This document shows positions 1 through 8,146 of a DNA stretch of 64,000 bases, in pieces. The notes under the pieces are model-generated. The model made no database searches. It had not been told where the DNA came from and saw only the letters and a list, made by a program, of their open reading frames with translations. Position 1 is the first letter of the stretch. The number at the start of each line of letters is the position of its first letter. Position numbers and translations under genes: made by a program. This DNA is from Chloroflexota bacterium (GTDB lineage Bacteria > Chloroflexota > Anaerolineae > Promineifilales > Promineifilaceae): positions 28,292 to 92,291 of the forward strand of contig JAJRYT010000114.1 in NCBI GenBank assembly GCA_024275635.1, read 5' to 3'.

Positions 1-192
1 GGGCGGCCAATGGAAGCGGCGGCGCTGCTGCGGTTGATTGCCGCCCACCCGGCGGCGGAGTCCCAATACCGGGATCGGGCTAGGGAGCGGTTGGCCCAAT
101 TGGGCCAACCGCCCCCCGCAGCGGCGGCGGATGAGGAACGGCCGCTCGACGAGGCGGTGCGCCGGCTGCTCTACCATCCGCATGGGGGATAA
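1..192 (+). CDS. 3' end of a CDS truncated by the window edge; product unknown
   Basis: Frame open from base 1 to the stop at 190-192. Ala/Arg/Pro-rich tail with no domain I recognise. Confidence 0.3.
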   Translation, partial: GRPMEAAALLRLIAAHPAAESQYRDRARERLAQLGQPPPAAAADEERPLDEAVRRLLYHPHGG

Positions 193-217
193 CGTGGGCG
201 GCGGCTCAGCATGAAGG

Positions 218-742
218 ATGAAGCCCGCTTACAGGATAAATCAAATGCAAATTTCGTTGATTGTGGCCATGGACAGGAACCGGGTGATTGGGCGGAACGG
301 CCGTCTCCCCTGGCATTTCCCCGACGACATGAAATGGTTCCGTCGGCAGACAATGGGCAAACCGGTCATCATGGGGCGCAAGACGTATGAGAGCATCCCG
401 GCGCGGTTTCGGCCTCTGCCGGGGCGGCATAATATTGTCGTTACCCGCAACCGGCTGTATCAGGCTGAAGGCGCGGCTGTTGTTCATACTGCGGCTGATG
501 CGTTGGCCGCCGCCGGGGAGGCGCCGGAACTGATGGTGATTGGCGGCGTACAACTGTATGCCCGGCTGCTGCCCCAGGCTGACCGGCTCTACCTGACGCT
601 GATTGATGCCGAGTTTATCGGCGATGCATATTTCCCCGAAATTGACCCGGCCGAATGGCAAGAAATCTCGCGGCAACGGCATGAAGTAGACGGCCGTCAC
701 GCCTACCGCTTTAGCTGGGTTATTTTAACACGCGTCGTTTGA
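218..742 (+). CDS. folA: dihydrofolate reductase
   Basis: ISLIVAMDRNRVIGRNGRLPWHFPDDMKWFRRQTMGKPVIMGRKTYESIP is the canonical DHFR N-terminal signature and the size is right. Alternative ATG at 245. Confidence 0.9.
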   Translation: MKPAYRINQMQISLIVAMDRNRVIGRNGRLPWHFPDDMKWFRRQTMGKPVIMGRKTYESIPARFRPLPGRHNIVVTRNRLYQAEGAAVVHTAADALAAAGEAPELMVIGGVQLYARLLPQADRLYLTLIDAEFIGDAYFPEIDPAEWQEISRQRHEVDGRHAYRFSWVILTRVV

Positions 743-751
743 CTCCCCTCT

Positions 752-1996
752 GTGACTGATAGACAATTCCCCACTAAATTTTCAGGGAAGAAATCTATGC
801 GCTTACATCGCCCACAATTGATTGGTTTGCTTGTCTTTTTGTTTGTGCCGCTGACCTGGCTGGCCTGGCAGTGGCAGCAGGGGGAGGAGGCGGCCCAGGC
901 GGCCGTTTTGCCTACCCTGACGCCGACTGCGCTGCCGGTCAAACTGGCAACTGTTACGCCCATCCCACCGACGAACACGGCCGTTCCCACCCCAACACTC
1001 ACTGCCGCCACAACGCCCACAGCCACGCCCACTAACACCCCTATCCCCACGGCCATGTCCTCGCCGACGTTGACGCCGACGAATACGGCCGTTCCCGTTA
1101 GCCGCACCTGCCCCGACCCAGCCCCGCTCAAACCGTTTTATGACCGCTACACCATCGCCAACGACCGCTGGCCCGCGCCCGACCCGGCATTGGCCGCGCC
1201 TCATTTCTGGCTGGCTAAGCCGTTTCCCGGCGGCGGGCGGTTCCTGATCAACCAAAATTTTCCCTATGGCTACGATTTGAACGGCCGTCTTCTCCTGCAT
1301 AACGCGGTAGATTCGGCCGAGCCGCTGGGAACGCCGGTGCTGGCGGTGGGGGACGGCACGGTTATCGTGGCTCAGGATGACCTGAATGAGTGGTACGGCT
1401 GGCGCTGTGATTGGTACGGCCATCTGGTTGTGATTGAGCTGGATCAAATGTATAGGGGACGGCCGTTATACGCCCTCTACGGTCACGTCCTCAACATCAC
1501 GGTTGAAGCGGGCCAGCGCGTGCAGACCGGCGACCAGGTGGCCGAAGTTGGCTTTGGCGGCGCGGCCACTGCGCCCCATTTGCACTTTGAACTTCGCGCA
1601 GACACAAACGAATTTAACGCAACCTTAAATCCCATGTTGTGGATTAGTCCCGGCGCGACGCGGGGTGTGATTGTCGGCCGTCTGCTCGACCCGGAGGGGC
1701 GGCCCTGGCGCGGCGTCGGGTTGAGCCTGATTGGGTTAAGCGGAGAAACCAGCGGCGGCAATACCTGGACATATCTGGATGACCCGATGCACCTTATCAA
1801 CCCTGACCCCGGCTATGCCGAAAATTTCGTTTTTGCCGATGTGAAGCCGGGCGCGTATGAAGTGTACACTAAAGTGCAGGGTGTCGAGTATCGCGCTTCC
1901 GTACAAGTTCCCGCGGGCAGCGTCGGTGTTGTGGAAATCGTCACGGAGACGTACAAAACCCCTACCCCGGCGCCACCGCCCACGCCGGCGGGATGA
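752..1996 (+). CDS. M23 family metallopeptidase (LytM/murein endopeptidase-like) with membrane anchor and Thr/Pro-rich linker
   Basis: HNAVDSAEPLGTPVLAVGDGTVIVA...YGHLVVIELD...LYGHV...GDQVAEVG...APHLHFELR matches M23 motifs. N-terminal hydrophobic anchor. Possible start at 797. Confidence 0.85.
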   Translation: MTDRQFPTKFSGKKSMRLHRPQLIGLLVFLFVPLTWLAWQWQQGEEAAQAAVLPTLTPTALPVKLATVTPIPPTNTAVPTPTLTAATTPTATPTNTPIPTAMSSPTLTPTNTAVPVSRTCPDPAPLKPFYDRYTIANDRWPAPDPALAAPHFWLAKPFPGGGRFLINQNFPYGYDLNGRLLLHNAVDSAEPLGTPVLAVGDGTVIVAQDDLNEWYGWRCDWYGHLVVIELDQMYRGRPLYALYGHVLNITVEAGQRVQTGDQVAEVGFGGAATAPHLHFELRADTNEFNATLNPMLWISPGATRGVIVGRLLDPEGRPWRGVGLSLIGLSGETSGGNTWTYLDDPMHLINPDPGYAENFVFADVKPGAYEVYTKVQGVEYRASVQVPAGSVGVVEIVTETYKTPTPAPPPTPAG

Positions 1997-2007
1997 TGTA
2001 TCTCGGA

Positions 2008-3072
2008 TTAGCCCAGCGTGTCAAACCGTTTACTCCCCTCAATTTCCAGGATGAAATCGGCGCCGAATGCCTGGGCCGGGGTGGGCGTTCCGGCAGGGGC
2101 CTGACCGGCCAGGATTTTTTCGACGATACGCACCCCGGCAGCGGCCGTTAACCGGTACCCCTCCATCGTTTCCAGCCATGCCTCTGCTTGCTTGCCGTCG
2201 CCATTGGCGGCGCGGGCGTAGATGTAGCTTTTGGCCGTTTGTCGGGTCTGTTCGCCCGGCCCCGTCACCCGGCGGGCGACAATGGCCTGTGCCAGCCGCC
2301 GGATGGGGCCAACGGCCAGCAGACCGCGCGCCAGGGGCATCAGCCGCGCCTGCATGGGGGTGACGCGCATGGTGTTGTAGGTGGTGATGTTGGGAATGCC
2401 GGTTGTGCGGTACGCTGTTGCCAGGTCGCCCCAGGGGATGGGGGCGGCCGTGCGCTGTTTGCCGTTGTTGAAGGTGAAATTTTTGGCTCCCTGGCCGAGG
2501 GGGATGTGCTGGTAACGGCCGTTTCGCCGCACAATGCTTCCCTTTTTCAGCGCGGGCATAGATTCCAGCATCGTGTTTGTCGTCCCTGCGCTGACGCTGC
2601 CCGGGGCCATGAACGCCAGTTCCAGGTCTGCTGCTCCCGGTAGTTTGTCGGCCACGTACCGCGCCAGGCAGTCCGTAGGTACAACGTCAAAGCCCACGCC
2701 GGACATGAGCACGATGCCTTTCTCCCGCGCCTGTTTGTCGTAACGGAACGTATTCTCGAAAACGGCGATTTCGCCAGTGATGTCTACGTAGTGGGTTGAC
2801 CCGGCCAGGCAGGCGCGTATCATCGGGTCGCTGGTGATAGCAAACGGCCCGGCGGCGTGGAAAACGAGGTCGAAGGGGGCGACGGCCGTCACCAACTTAT
2901 CCCCATCATCCAAATCCAAAGCCAGCCAATCCAGACCGAATTGATCGGCTAGCGGCGCTAATTTAGCCACATTGCGCCCCGCCAAAACAGGCTTGTGCCC
3001 GCGCCGTACCGCTTCCTCAATCACCAATCGGCCGGTGTAGCCATACGCGCCATAAAGTAACCAGTTTGCCAT
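2008..3072 (-). CDS. saccharopine dehydrogenase-like NAD(P)-binding oxidoreductase
   Basis: N-terminal Rossmann motif LLYGAYGYTGRLVIEEAVRRGHKPVLAGRN and overall length are typical of the saccharopine dehydrogenase NADP-binding family. Confidence 0.75.
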   Translation of the reverse strand: MANWLLYGAYGYTGRLVIEEAVRRGHKPVLAGRNVAKLAPLADQFGLDWLALDLDDGDKLVTAVAPFDLVFHAAGPFAITSDPMIRACLAGSTHYVDITGEIAVFENTFRYDKQAREKGIVLMSGVGFDVVPTDCLARYVADKLPGAADLELAFMAPGSVSAGTTNTMLESMPALKKGSIVRRNGRYQHIPLGQGAKNFTFNNGKQRTAAPIPWGDLATAYRTTGIPNITTYNTMRVTPMQARLMPLARGLLAVGPIRRLAQAIVARRVTGPGEQTRQTAKSYIYARAANGDGKQAEAWLETMEGYRLTAAAGVRIVEKILAGQAPAGTPTPAQAFGADFILEIEGSKRFDTLG

Positions 3073-3102
3073 CTTCCTACCTCCGCTTGAGTTTATTGAT
3101 TG

Positions 3103-3135
3103 ATCCTCCCGGAGATTCTGAACCTCCGGGAGGAT
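3103..3135. repeat. perfect 12-bp-stem hairpin, CCTCCCGGAGG family
   Basis: atcctcccggag / ctccgggaggat flank a 9-nt loop. Related copies at 4346-4379 and 59925-59957. Confidence 0.8.
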
Positions 3136-3268
3136 GATTACGATTGTAAAGCGAAATGGCAGAATGACTATTTATCGTTACAATTCATTCATCTTTCCGG
3201 GCAGCGGGTAGGCGGCAGGACACCGTTTTCTGCCTTCTTTCTTTTGCCGTAACTGCTCAGGCAGAACT

Positions 3269-3329
3269 AGACTTTTGAAGTTTCCACTCTGGAATCGCTT
3301 CTCTGTGCCGATCGAAACTTCAAAAGTCT
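3269..3329 (+). promoter_or_regulatory. 5' leader hairpin directly upstream of the lplA RBS
   Basis: Perfect 16-bp inverted repeat agacttttgaagtttc / gaaacttcaaaagtct with a 29-nt loop. It ends 4 nt before GGAGG (3333-3337) and the ATG at 3343. Confidence 0.45.
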
Positions 3330-3342
3330 TAACGGAGGCATC

Positions 3343-4326
3343 ATGCTCTTTGTTGATAATCAAAACCACACCGACCCGCGCACGAATCTGGCAATTGAAG
3401 AACATCTGCTGCGTAACGCGCGCGTGGACGAGCCTATTTTGCTGTTTTACATCAACGAGCCGTCGGTCATCATTGGCCGGAACCAGAACACGCTGGAAGA
3501 AATTGACCCTGATTACGTTGAGGCCAACAGTATTCATGTCGTGCGGCGGCTCTCCGGCGGCGGCGCAGTTTATCACGATTTTGGCAACCTCAATTTCAGC
3601 TTTATCACCAACGGCAAGGAAGATTTGCACAACTTTGCCAAGTTCACCGACCCTGTTATTCATGTCCTGCGCGATTTGGGCGTTGACGCTGCGCTGCATG
3701 GCAAGAGCGATATTTTTGTGGCCGGTAAAAAGGTGTCGGGCAACGCGCAGTATCTGACGCGCGGCCGGATGTTCAGCCACGGCACGCTGCTGTTTGATTC
3801 TAATTTGGAGGAACTGCTGAAGGCGATTAACCCGCGCCGGGTGAAGATTGAATCGAAGGCGGTGCAGTCTATCCGCAGTTTTGTGACCAATATCCGCGAC
3901 CATTTGCCGGAAGCGATGGATATACGCCAATTGAAGCAGGCGATTTTGCGCGGCGTGTTTGCCGGCAGCGAGGTGGCAACGTATGATCTGACGGCCGATG
4001 ATTGGGCACAAATCGAGCGGTATCGCGCCCAGCGGTACGATACTTGGGAGTGGAATATCGGCCGTTCGCCCAAATTTACGGTGCAAAAGAGCGAGCGTTT
4101 CCCCATCGGCAAGGTGGACGTGCGGATTGATGTGGCGCGGGGGCGCATCCAGGGGGTCAAAATCTACGGCGATTTTATGGGCAAACGGGAGGTGGCCGAG
4201 TTGGAGAATCGTTTGATTGGGCTGCGGTATGAACGGGGGGCGTTGGCAACGGCCGTGCAGCAAATGGAGATCGCCGCCTACTTCGGCCCCCTGGCCCCGT
4301 CCGACCTTCTAAAATTGTTGTATTAA
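3343..4326 (+). CDS. lplA: lipoate-protein ligase A
   Basis: TNLAIEEHLL...RRLSGGGAVYHDFGNLNFSFI...GKSDIFVAGKKVSGNAQY matches the LplA/BPL-LPL catalytic domain, with a C-terminal LplA accessory domain. Good SD. Confidence 0.9.
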   Translation: MLFVDNQNHTDPRTNLAIEEHLLRNARVDEPILLFYINEPSVIIGRNQNTLEEIDPDYVEANSIHVVRRLSGGGAVYHDFGNLNFSFITNGKEDLHNFAKFTDPVIHVLRDLGVDAALHGKSDIFVAGKKVSGNAQYLTRGRMFSHGTLLFDSNLEELLKAINPRRVKIESKAVQSIRSFVTNIRDHLPEAMDIRQLKQAILRGVFAGSEVATYDLTADDWAQIERYRAQRYDTWEWNIGRSPKFTVQKSERFPIGKVDVRIDVARGRIQGVKIYGDFMGKREVAELENRLIGLRYERGALATAVQQMEIAAYFGPLAPSDLLKLLY

Positions 4327-4345
4327 CCTGCCGTCAAATCGCGGA

Positions 4346-4379
4346 ATCCTCCCAGAGGTTCCCAACCTCCGGGAGGATG
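4346..4379. terminator. hairpin between convergent genes (CCTCCCGGAGG family)
   Basis: atcctcccagagg ... cctccgggaggat, 13-bp stem with one mismatch, between the lplA stop (4326) and the stop of the minus-strand gene (4386). Confidence 0.5.
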
Positions 4380-4385
4380 GTTAAT

Positions 4386-5042
4386 TTACGACGCCACCAC
4401 CCAGCCCAACTGCTCCAACTGCTGCGGCGACGCGGCCAATGCCACCTGCGCGATGGCCTTGTAATCGGCCAGCCATTGGTCCAGTTCATCCAGCTTGGCG
4501 TCCCGCGTTTTTGTTGCCGTCTGCGCTTCGCCCCGTTCCTTATCCTGTGTCTCGCTGGCCGTGGCCACCGCCTCCACCAGCGCCGCTTCCGCTTCCAACT
4601 TCGTTTGGTCGTAGCTGTACGGAGTCATCGTCGCAATAAAGTCGGGGCTGCGCAGCAGGTTGTTGTAAAAGCGGCGCGCCTGATCCAGCCAGCCGCTCAG
4701 GCTTTGCTTGCGGGAGCCGCTCAACCCCAGCGCATTGCGCGCCGTTTCGTTGCCGCGAAAGGCGATGCGGGCGATTTTGAGGGCGGCGCTGTAGGCCGCG
4801 CCGGCCGCGTCCCATGCTTGCCGCACGGCCTGGGTCGCCTCGTACTGTTCGCCGTACTCCTGCTTTTGCTGTTCGTCCAGCGTTCGCGCCTCCTGGTACA
4901 GGGCGCGCGCCGCTTCCAGGCGGGTCTGGTCGTAGCCGAAGCTGGTGACTTTGGCCAGGATGTCGGGGTTGGACAGGCTGTTGTTGATGGCCAGTTCGGC
5001 GTCCAACAGCCGCTGGGCAATACTTTTGGTTGGCTTTGCCAT
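4386..5042 (-). CDS. hypothetical protein (helical, internally repetitive)
   Basis: Long ORF. ATG at 5042 is preceded by AGGAGG, so I prefer it to the ORF-track start at 5090. No recognisable domain. Confidence 0.6.
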   Translation of the reverse strand: MAKPTKSIAQRLLDAELAINNSLSNPDILAKVTSFGYDQTRLEAARALYQEARTLDEQQKQEYGEQYEATQAVRQAWDAAGAAYSAALKIARIAFRGNETARNALGLSGSRKQSLSGWLDQARRFYNNLLRSPDFIATMTPYSYDQTKLEAEAALVEAVATASETQDKERGEAQTATKTRDAKLDELDQWLADYKAIAQVALAASPQQLEQLGWVVAS

Positions 5043-5230
5043 GATAAAACCTCCTATGGGGTGATAAAATGCCCAAACCGGGCGGCCCAAAAGGGCTTGA
5101 AAATAACCGAATCAGAATGACGTTTTATCCCCGGAGGCCGGAAAAGGGTCTCAGGTGGATGAAACGCGGCTGAATCGGATGAAAAACAAGAGAATGGTCT
5201 GAAAATTAGGTGAAAAGTTGTCGTTTAGCT

Positions 5231-5419
5231 CCCCCTAAAGCTCATTTAATCGTTCCTGACACGCGTTGAGTCGTTCCTATGGCTCGTTGAGTCATCCCTA
5301 AAGCTCATTGAGCCGTTCCTGACACGCGTTGAGTCATTCCTAAACATTATTTGGTTATTCCTAAGGCTTGTTGGGCGGCTCCTAAGGCTCATTTGGTCAT
5401 CCCTATGGCTCGTTTTGTT
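5231..5419. repeat. 9 contiguous degenerate 21-bp tandem repeats
   Basis: Units such as gttcctgacacgcgttgagtc, gttcctatggctcgttgagtc and atccctaaagctcattgagcc. Conserved TCCT and GCTC-TT columns. No spacers between units. Confidence 0.85.
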
Positions 5420-5614
5420 ATTGTCGGGGATTATAGCGGGGAAACGGCCGTTTTGCACGCATTTTTTGTTGGGTTTTATGGGGGTTGGGCGGGGGAACGG
5501 TCTCTAAATAAATATTTAAGCAGGGTTCAATTATGCTGAAATCATCTTTACAATTAACCTGTTTTAACAGGTTTCCCTCTTTAGTGAGCGTCCATTAAAT
5601 AAGTTCCCTGTTTT

Positions 5615-5672
5615 GAGACTGGAGACTGGTTAACTGGAGACTGGCAGTCTCCAATCTCCAATCCCTAGTCTC
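5615..5672. repeat. heptamer hairpin, GGAGACT/AGTCTCC family
   Basis: gagactggagactgg...ggagactggcagtctccaatctccaatccctagtctc. Tandem 7-mers on both arms. Confidence 0.8.
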
Positions 5673-5826
5673 AGGAAGTAATTTTTAGATGCTCACTTAG
5701 CGGGGCATTTCAATGCCCCGTGATGGCGGCCATATTGTAAAGATTAATTGTTCAGTTTTGAACCATGCCCTTTTTTCGCTCTTTGCTGTTTTGTACCTTT
5801 GATTAGGGTTCCTGACACTTTTTCAC

Positions 5827-6999
5827 TCAAGCCGCATTCCCAGCGACTTTTACCACACTGGAACTGGCTAATCTTTCCCCTATAATTGTATTGGACAATT
5901 CATCGTGGAACAATTTCTTGGTCTTTTTGAATCTGAAATATTGTACGATCAAGAGAACGCCAACACTAAGGCCGTACAAGTAAAGCACAACGGTCCTCAT
6001 GATATTTCTCCACAAGGCGCGCAGATAAGAAATACGTTCCCCTTCTCTATCGGTTATCTGCAACTTCAATATTCGTTTGCCAATAGTGCCTTGCCATTGC
6101 GACGATTCCATAATTGGAAAGACCACGACATATATGATGATCGTAAGAATTGCTCCTACCTCATCAGCAATGGCAAATGCTATTCCCGTTAAAATGAATA
6201 AAAAGAGCTGGTCAATAAGCATAGCCCCGGCTCGTTTCAGCGTGACCGTTTTGTAGTACTTTTCTCGCCAATCAACAGCTATCGGCGACGATTCTCTTGC
6301 TTTACTCGTAGTCTGACTGTTGGATGTTCCTGAAGCAGCCTTAAAATCAGGGGTGTTTTCCACTTTCGTAGCAGACGATAGTTGCAATGCTTCATCTACT
6401 GGAGAAGCTGCCCTTGGTTGACTCGTAGTCTGACTCTGAGATGTTTCTAAAGTAGCCTTAAGCTCAGGAACGCTATCCATTTCCACAGCAAGCGATGGCT
6501 GCACTGCTTTACTTTGAGCCAACTCGTTAATCGAATCGTAAATATCGCTTGCCACAGCCATCGCCGCATCATCAGGGCTGTTCCAGAATTGTTTATTATT
6601 CAGTGGTTGTAGATTCTTTGGCAGCACATCCAGGCTGTTAAAAGGGGTTGCCGTCCACATGCAGTTACGAACGAGTATCGGAATCATGACAGTCTCATGA
6701 TTATTGTGTTTTTCAATCACCGTTTGATTTCGGCGGTAAATTCCATCGTCATCAATGAAATCAACACTAATAAGAGCGAGTACGATATCTGCATCAAATA
6801 ATCGTTGTTTATATTCTGCTCTATCCGCTCCACTGGGGACATTGAAATCACTATTCACCTGAATGGGTATCGCCGAATTTCTGATGATGGGCGAAAGATG
6901 CTTTTCGATCCCTTCGCAGATATCCTGGTCTTCCAGCGCTGCCAATAGATACACTTCAATGTTTCTATGCTGAGAATCGCGAGTTTCTGTAATCGTCAT
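5827..6999 (-). CDS. TIR-like domain protein fused to a C-terminal RDD-family membrane domain
   Basis: The N-terminal domain (IVLALISVDFIDDD...MIPILVRNCMW...LDVLPKNLQPL) is paralogous to the TIR of the next gene. Duplicated S/T/Q-rich linker. C-terminus has RDD-like motifs (RAGAMLIDQLF, GKRILKLQI, HDELSNT) and TM helices. AAGGAG SD. Confidence 0.7.
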   Translation of the reverse strand: MTITETRDSQHRNIEVYLLAALEDQDICEGIEKHLSPIIRNSAIPIQVNSDFNVPSGADRAEYKQRLFDADIVLALISVDFIDDDGIYRRNQTVIEKHNNHETVMIPILVRNCMWTATPFNSLDVLPKNLQPLNNKQFWNSPDDAAMAVASDIYDSINELAQSKAVQPSLAVEMDSVPELKATLETSQSQTTSQPRAASPVDEALQLSSATKVENTPDFKAASGTSNSQTTSKARESSPIAVDWREKYYKTVTLKRAGAMLIDQLFLFILTGIAFAIADEVGAILTIIIYVVVFPIMESSQWQGTIGKRILKLQITDREGERISYLRALWRNIMRTVVLYLYGLSVGVLLIVQYFRFKKTKKLFHDELSNTIIGERLASSSVVKVAGNAA

Positions 7000-7043
7000 A
7001 AAAGTAACTCCTTCATTTTTTTGATTGCCTTAGGGCACGTTCG

Positions 7044-7073
7044 TTTATAACTTTGGCGTTTGAAAAATTGTAA
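7044..7073 (-). promoter_or_regulatory. possible sigma70-type promoter for the TIR-RDD gene
   Basis: On the minus strand, TTACAA - 18 nt - TATAAA, about 45 nt upstream of the ATG at 6999. Confidence 0.3.
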
Positions 7074-7125
7074 CCAGGTAATTGGTAACTGGTAATTACC
7101 TGGTTACTCAATTACCAATTACCAG
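7071..7125. repeat. heptamer hairpin, GGTAATT/AATTACC family
   Basis: ccaggtaattggtaactggtaattacctgg palindrome followed by ttactcaattaccaattaccag. Confidence 0.8.
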
Positions 7126-7216
7126 CAAACTGCAAAGTTAATTTTGAACGAACCTTTAGAATAGCAGGCCCTCTTATTTTTGATTCGACCGGCTAGTACC
7201 TTAACTTTATGATTTT

Positions 7217-7268
7217 GTAGGGTGAATTTGCAATTCGCCCAGGCTGGCGATTTACAAAATCGCCCTAC
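7217..7268. repeat. imperfect ~23-bp-arm hairpin between the two TIR genes
   Basis: gtagggtgaatttgcaattcgcc ... ggcgatttacaaaatcgccctac. Enclosed by an outer inverted repeat ctagtacc(t)taac / gttac(g)gtactag. Confidence 0.65.
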
Positions 7269-7296
7269 ATTTTTAGAAGGTTACGGTACTAGATCG

Positions 7297-8055
7297 CTAG
7301 GACAAGACGTGGGGGTAATCACTTGTCAATAATTGGAAAAGGCGCGGCGTCATATTTCGCCGCTCAACGTGGGCAATAAGCGCCATGATTTTGGTCGTCT
7401 TAGCTTCACTACCCTCTAAATTCTCATAATCAATATCTAGATCAAAAGCAACTTGTTTCACCTCATTTACACTCAGCCTATCACCGAGTCGCTTGCGTAA
7501 TTCATTTTGGGGCATGACCGGAACCTCAAATAGTTTCTCTTTAATTGGCGCGATATGAGAAGTATTTGCCTTGTTGGGTACGGCCGTTGACTTTTTCAAG
7601 ATATGATCAACGAGATCCTCAACACCTTTGGCAATTTCGGTAAATGCATCGTCGCGATTGGGGTATTCTGTGACTGGCGTCGCATTGCGGGGAAGCGCCT
7701 GCAGATTGGTGTACGGTTGGCTGCTCCAATCACACTTACGGAGTATGATCGGCACCACGTAAGCCGTTCCCTCTTCATGGCGTTTCATAGCTGACTTGAG
7801 TTCGTTATCCCAGATAGAATCTGAGGCGATGAAGTCAACACTTATCAAGAGTAAGATGATATTTGCCTTGTTTAATTCAGACATAATGGTCTGATCCCGC
7901 TCCTGCCCACCCAGAAGCTCCCTGTCGTTCCACGTCTGGATTTTTGAGGAACGCTTTAATACCTTTAAGTGCTTATCCAATTCCTTTTTCAAATCTTCGT
8001 CTTCATGGACATAAGAAATAAAGACGGAAACGCCGGATTGGGAACCTTCTATCAT
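7297..8055 (-). CDS. TIR domain protein with C-terminal effector-associated (Death-like adaptor) domain
   Basis: VFISYVHEDEDLKKEL...ILLLISVDFIASDSIWDNEL...VVPIILRKCDW...LQALP is a TIR_2-type domain. The C-terminal ~70 aa (VKQVAFDLDIDYENLEGS...IMALIAHVERRNM...LFQLL) resembles EAD-type adaptor modules. Confidence 0.75.
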   Translation of the reverse strand: MIEGSQSGVSVFISYVHEDEDLKKELDKHLKVLKRSSKIQTWNDRELLGGQERDQTIMSELNKANIILLLISVDFIASDSIWDNELKSAMKRHEEGTAYVVPIILRKCDWSSQPYTNLQALPRNATPVTEYPNRDDAFTEIAKGVEDLVDHILKKSTAVPNKANTSHIAPIKEKLFEVPVMPQNELRKRLGDRLSVNEVKQVAFDLDIDYENLEGSEAKTTKIMALIAHVERRNMTPRLFQLLTSDYPHVLS

Positions 8056-8118
8056 TATGAATACCTCTGGGATTTAATTACTTTGCTTGGGATGGTTGTG
8101 CGCAACTTAGAGATTTTC

Positions 8119-8146
8119 ATTATATACTCTGGATACAAAACTGCAA
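8119..8146 (-). promoter_or_regulatory. possible sigma70-type promoter for the TIR-EAD gene
   Basis: On the minus strand, TTGCAG - 16 nt - TATAAT, about 60 nt upstream of the ATG at 8055. AGAGG SD 8 nt before the ATG. Confidence 0.35.

Noticed and set aside
3178-4263. Long antisense ORFs opposite well-supported genes (also 9661-10527, 41843-43030, 43620-44225, 48328-49239, 51230-52291, 54561-55469, 57867-59588)
   Set aside because: These are typical high-GC shadow ORFs. They are Arg/Gly/Pro/Ala-rich, have no recognisable domains, and each fully overlaps a gene with strong family signatures on the other strand.
5231-5419. Possible CRISPR array
   Set aside because: The units are contiguous 21-mers with no unique spacers and are degenerate rather than near-identical. 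No cas genes are nearby.
5246-5539. ORF-track ORFs (70 aa on the minus strand, 62 aa on the plus strand) across the 21-bp array
   Set aside because: Their heptad-like peptides are a by-product of translating a 21-bp DNA repeat. Variation between units is not concentrated at third codon positions, and there is no RBS.
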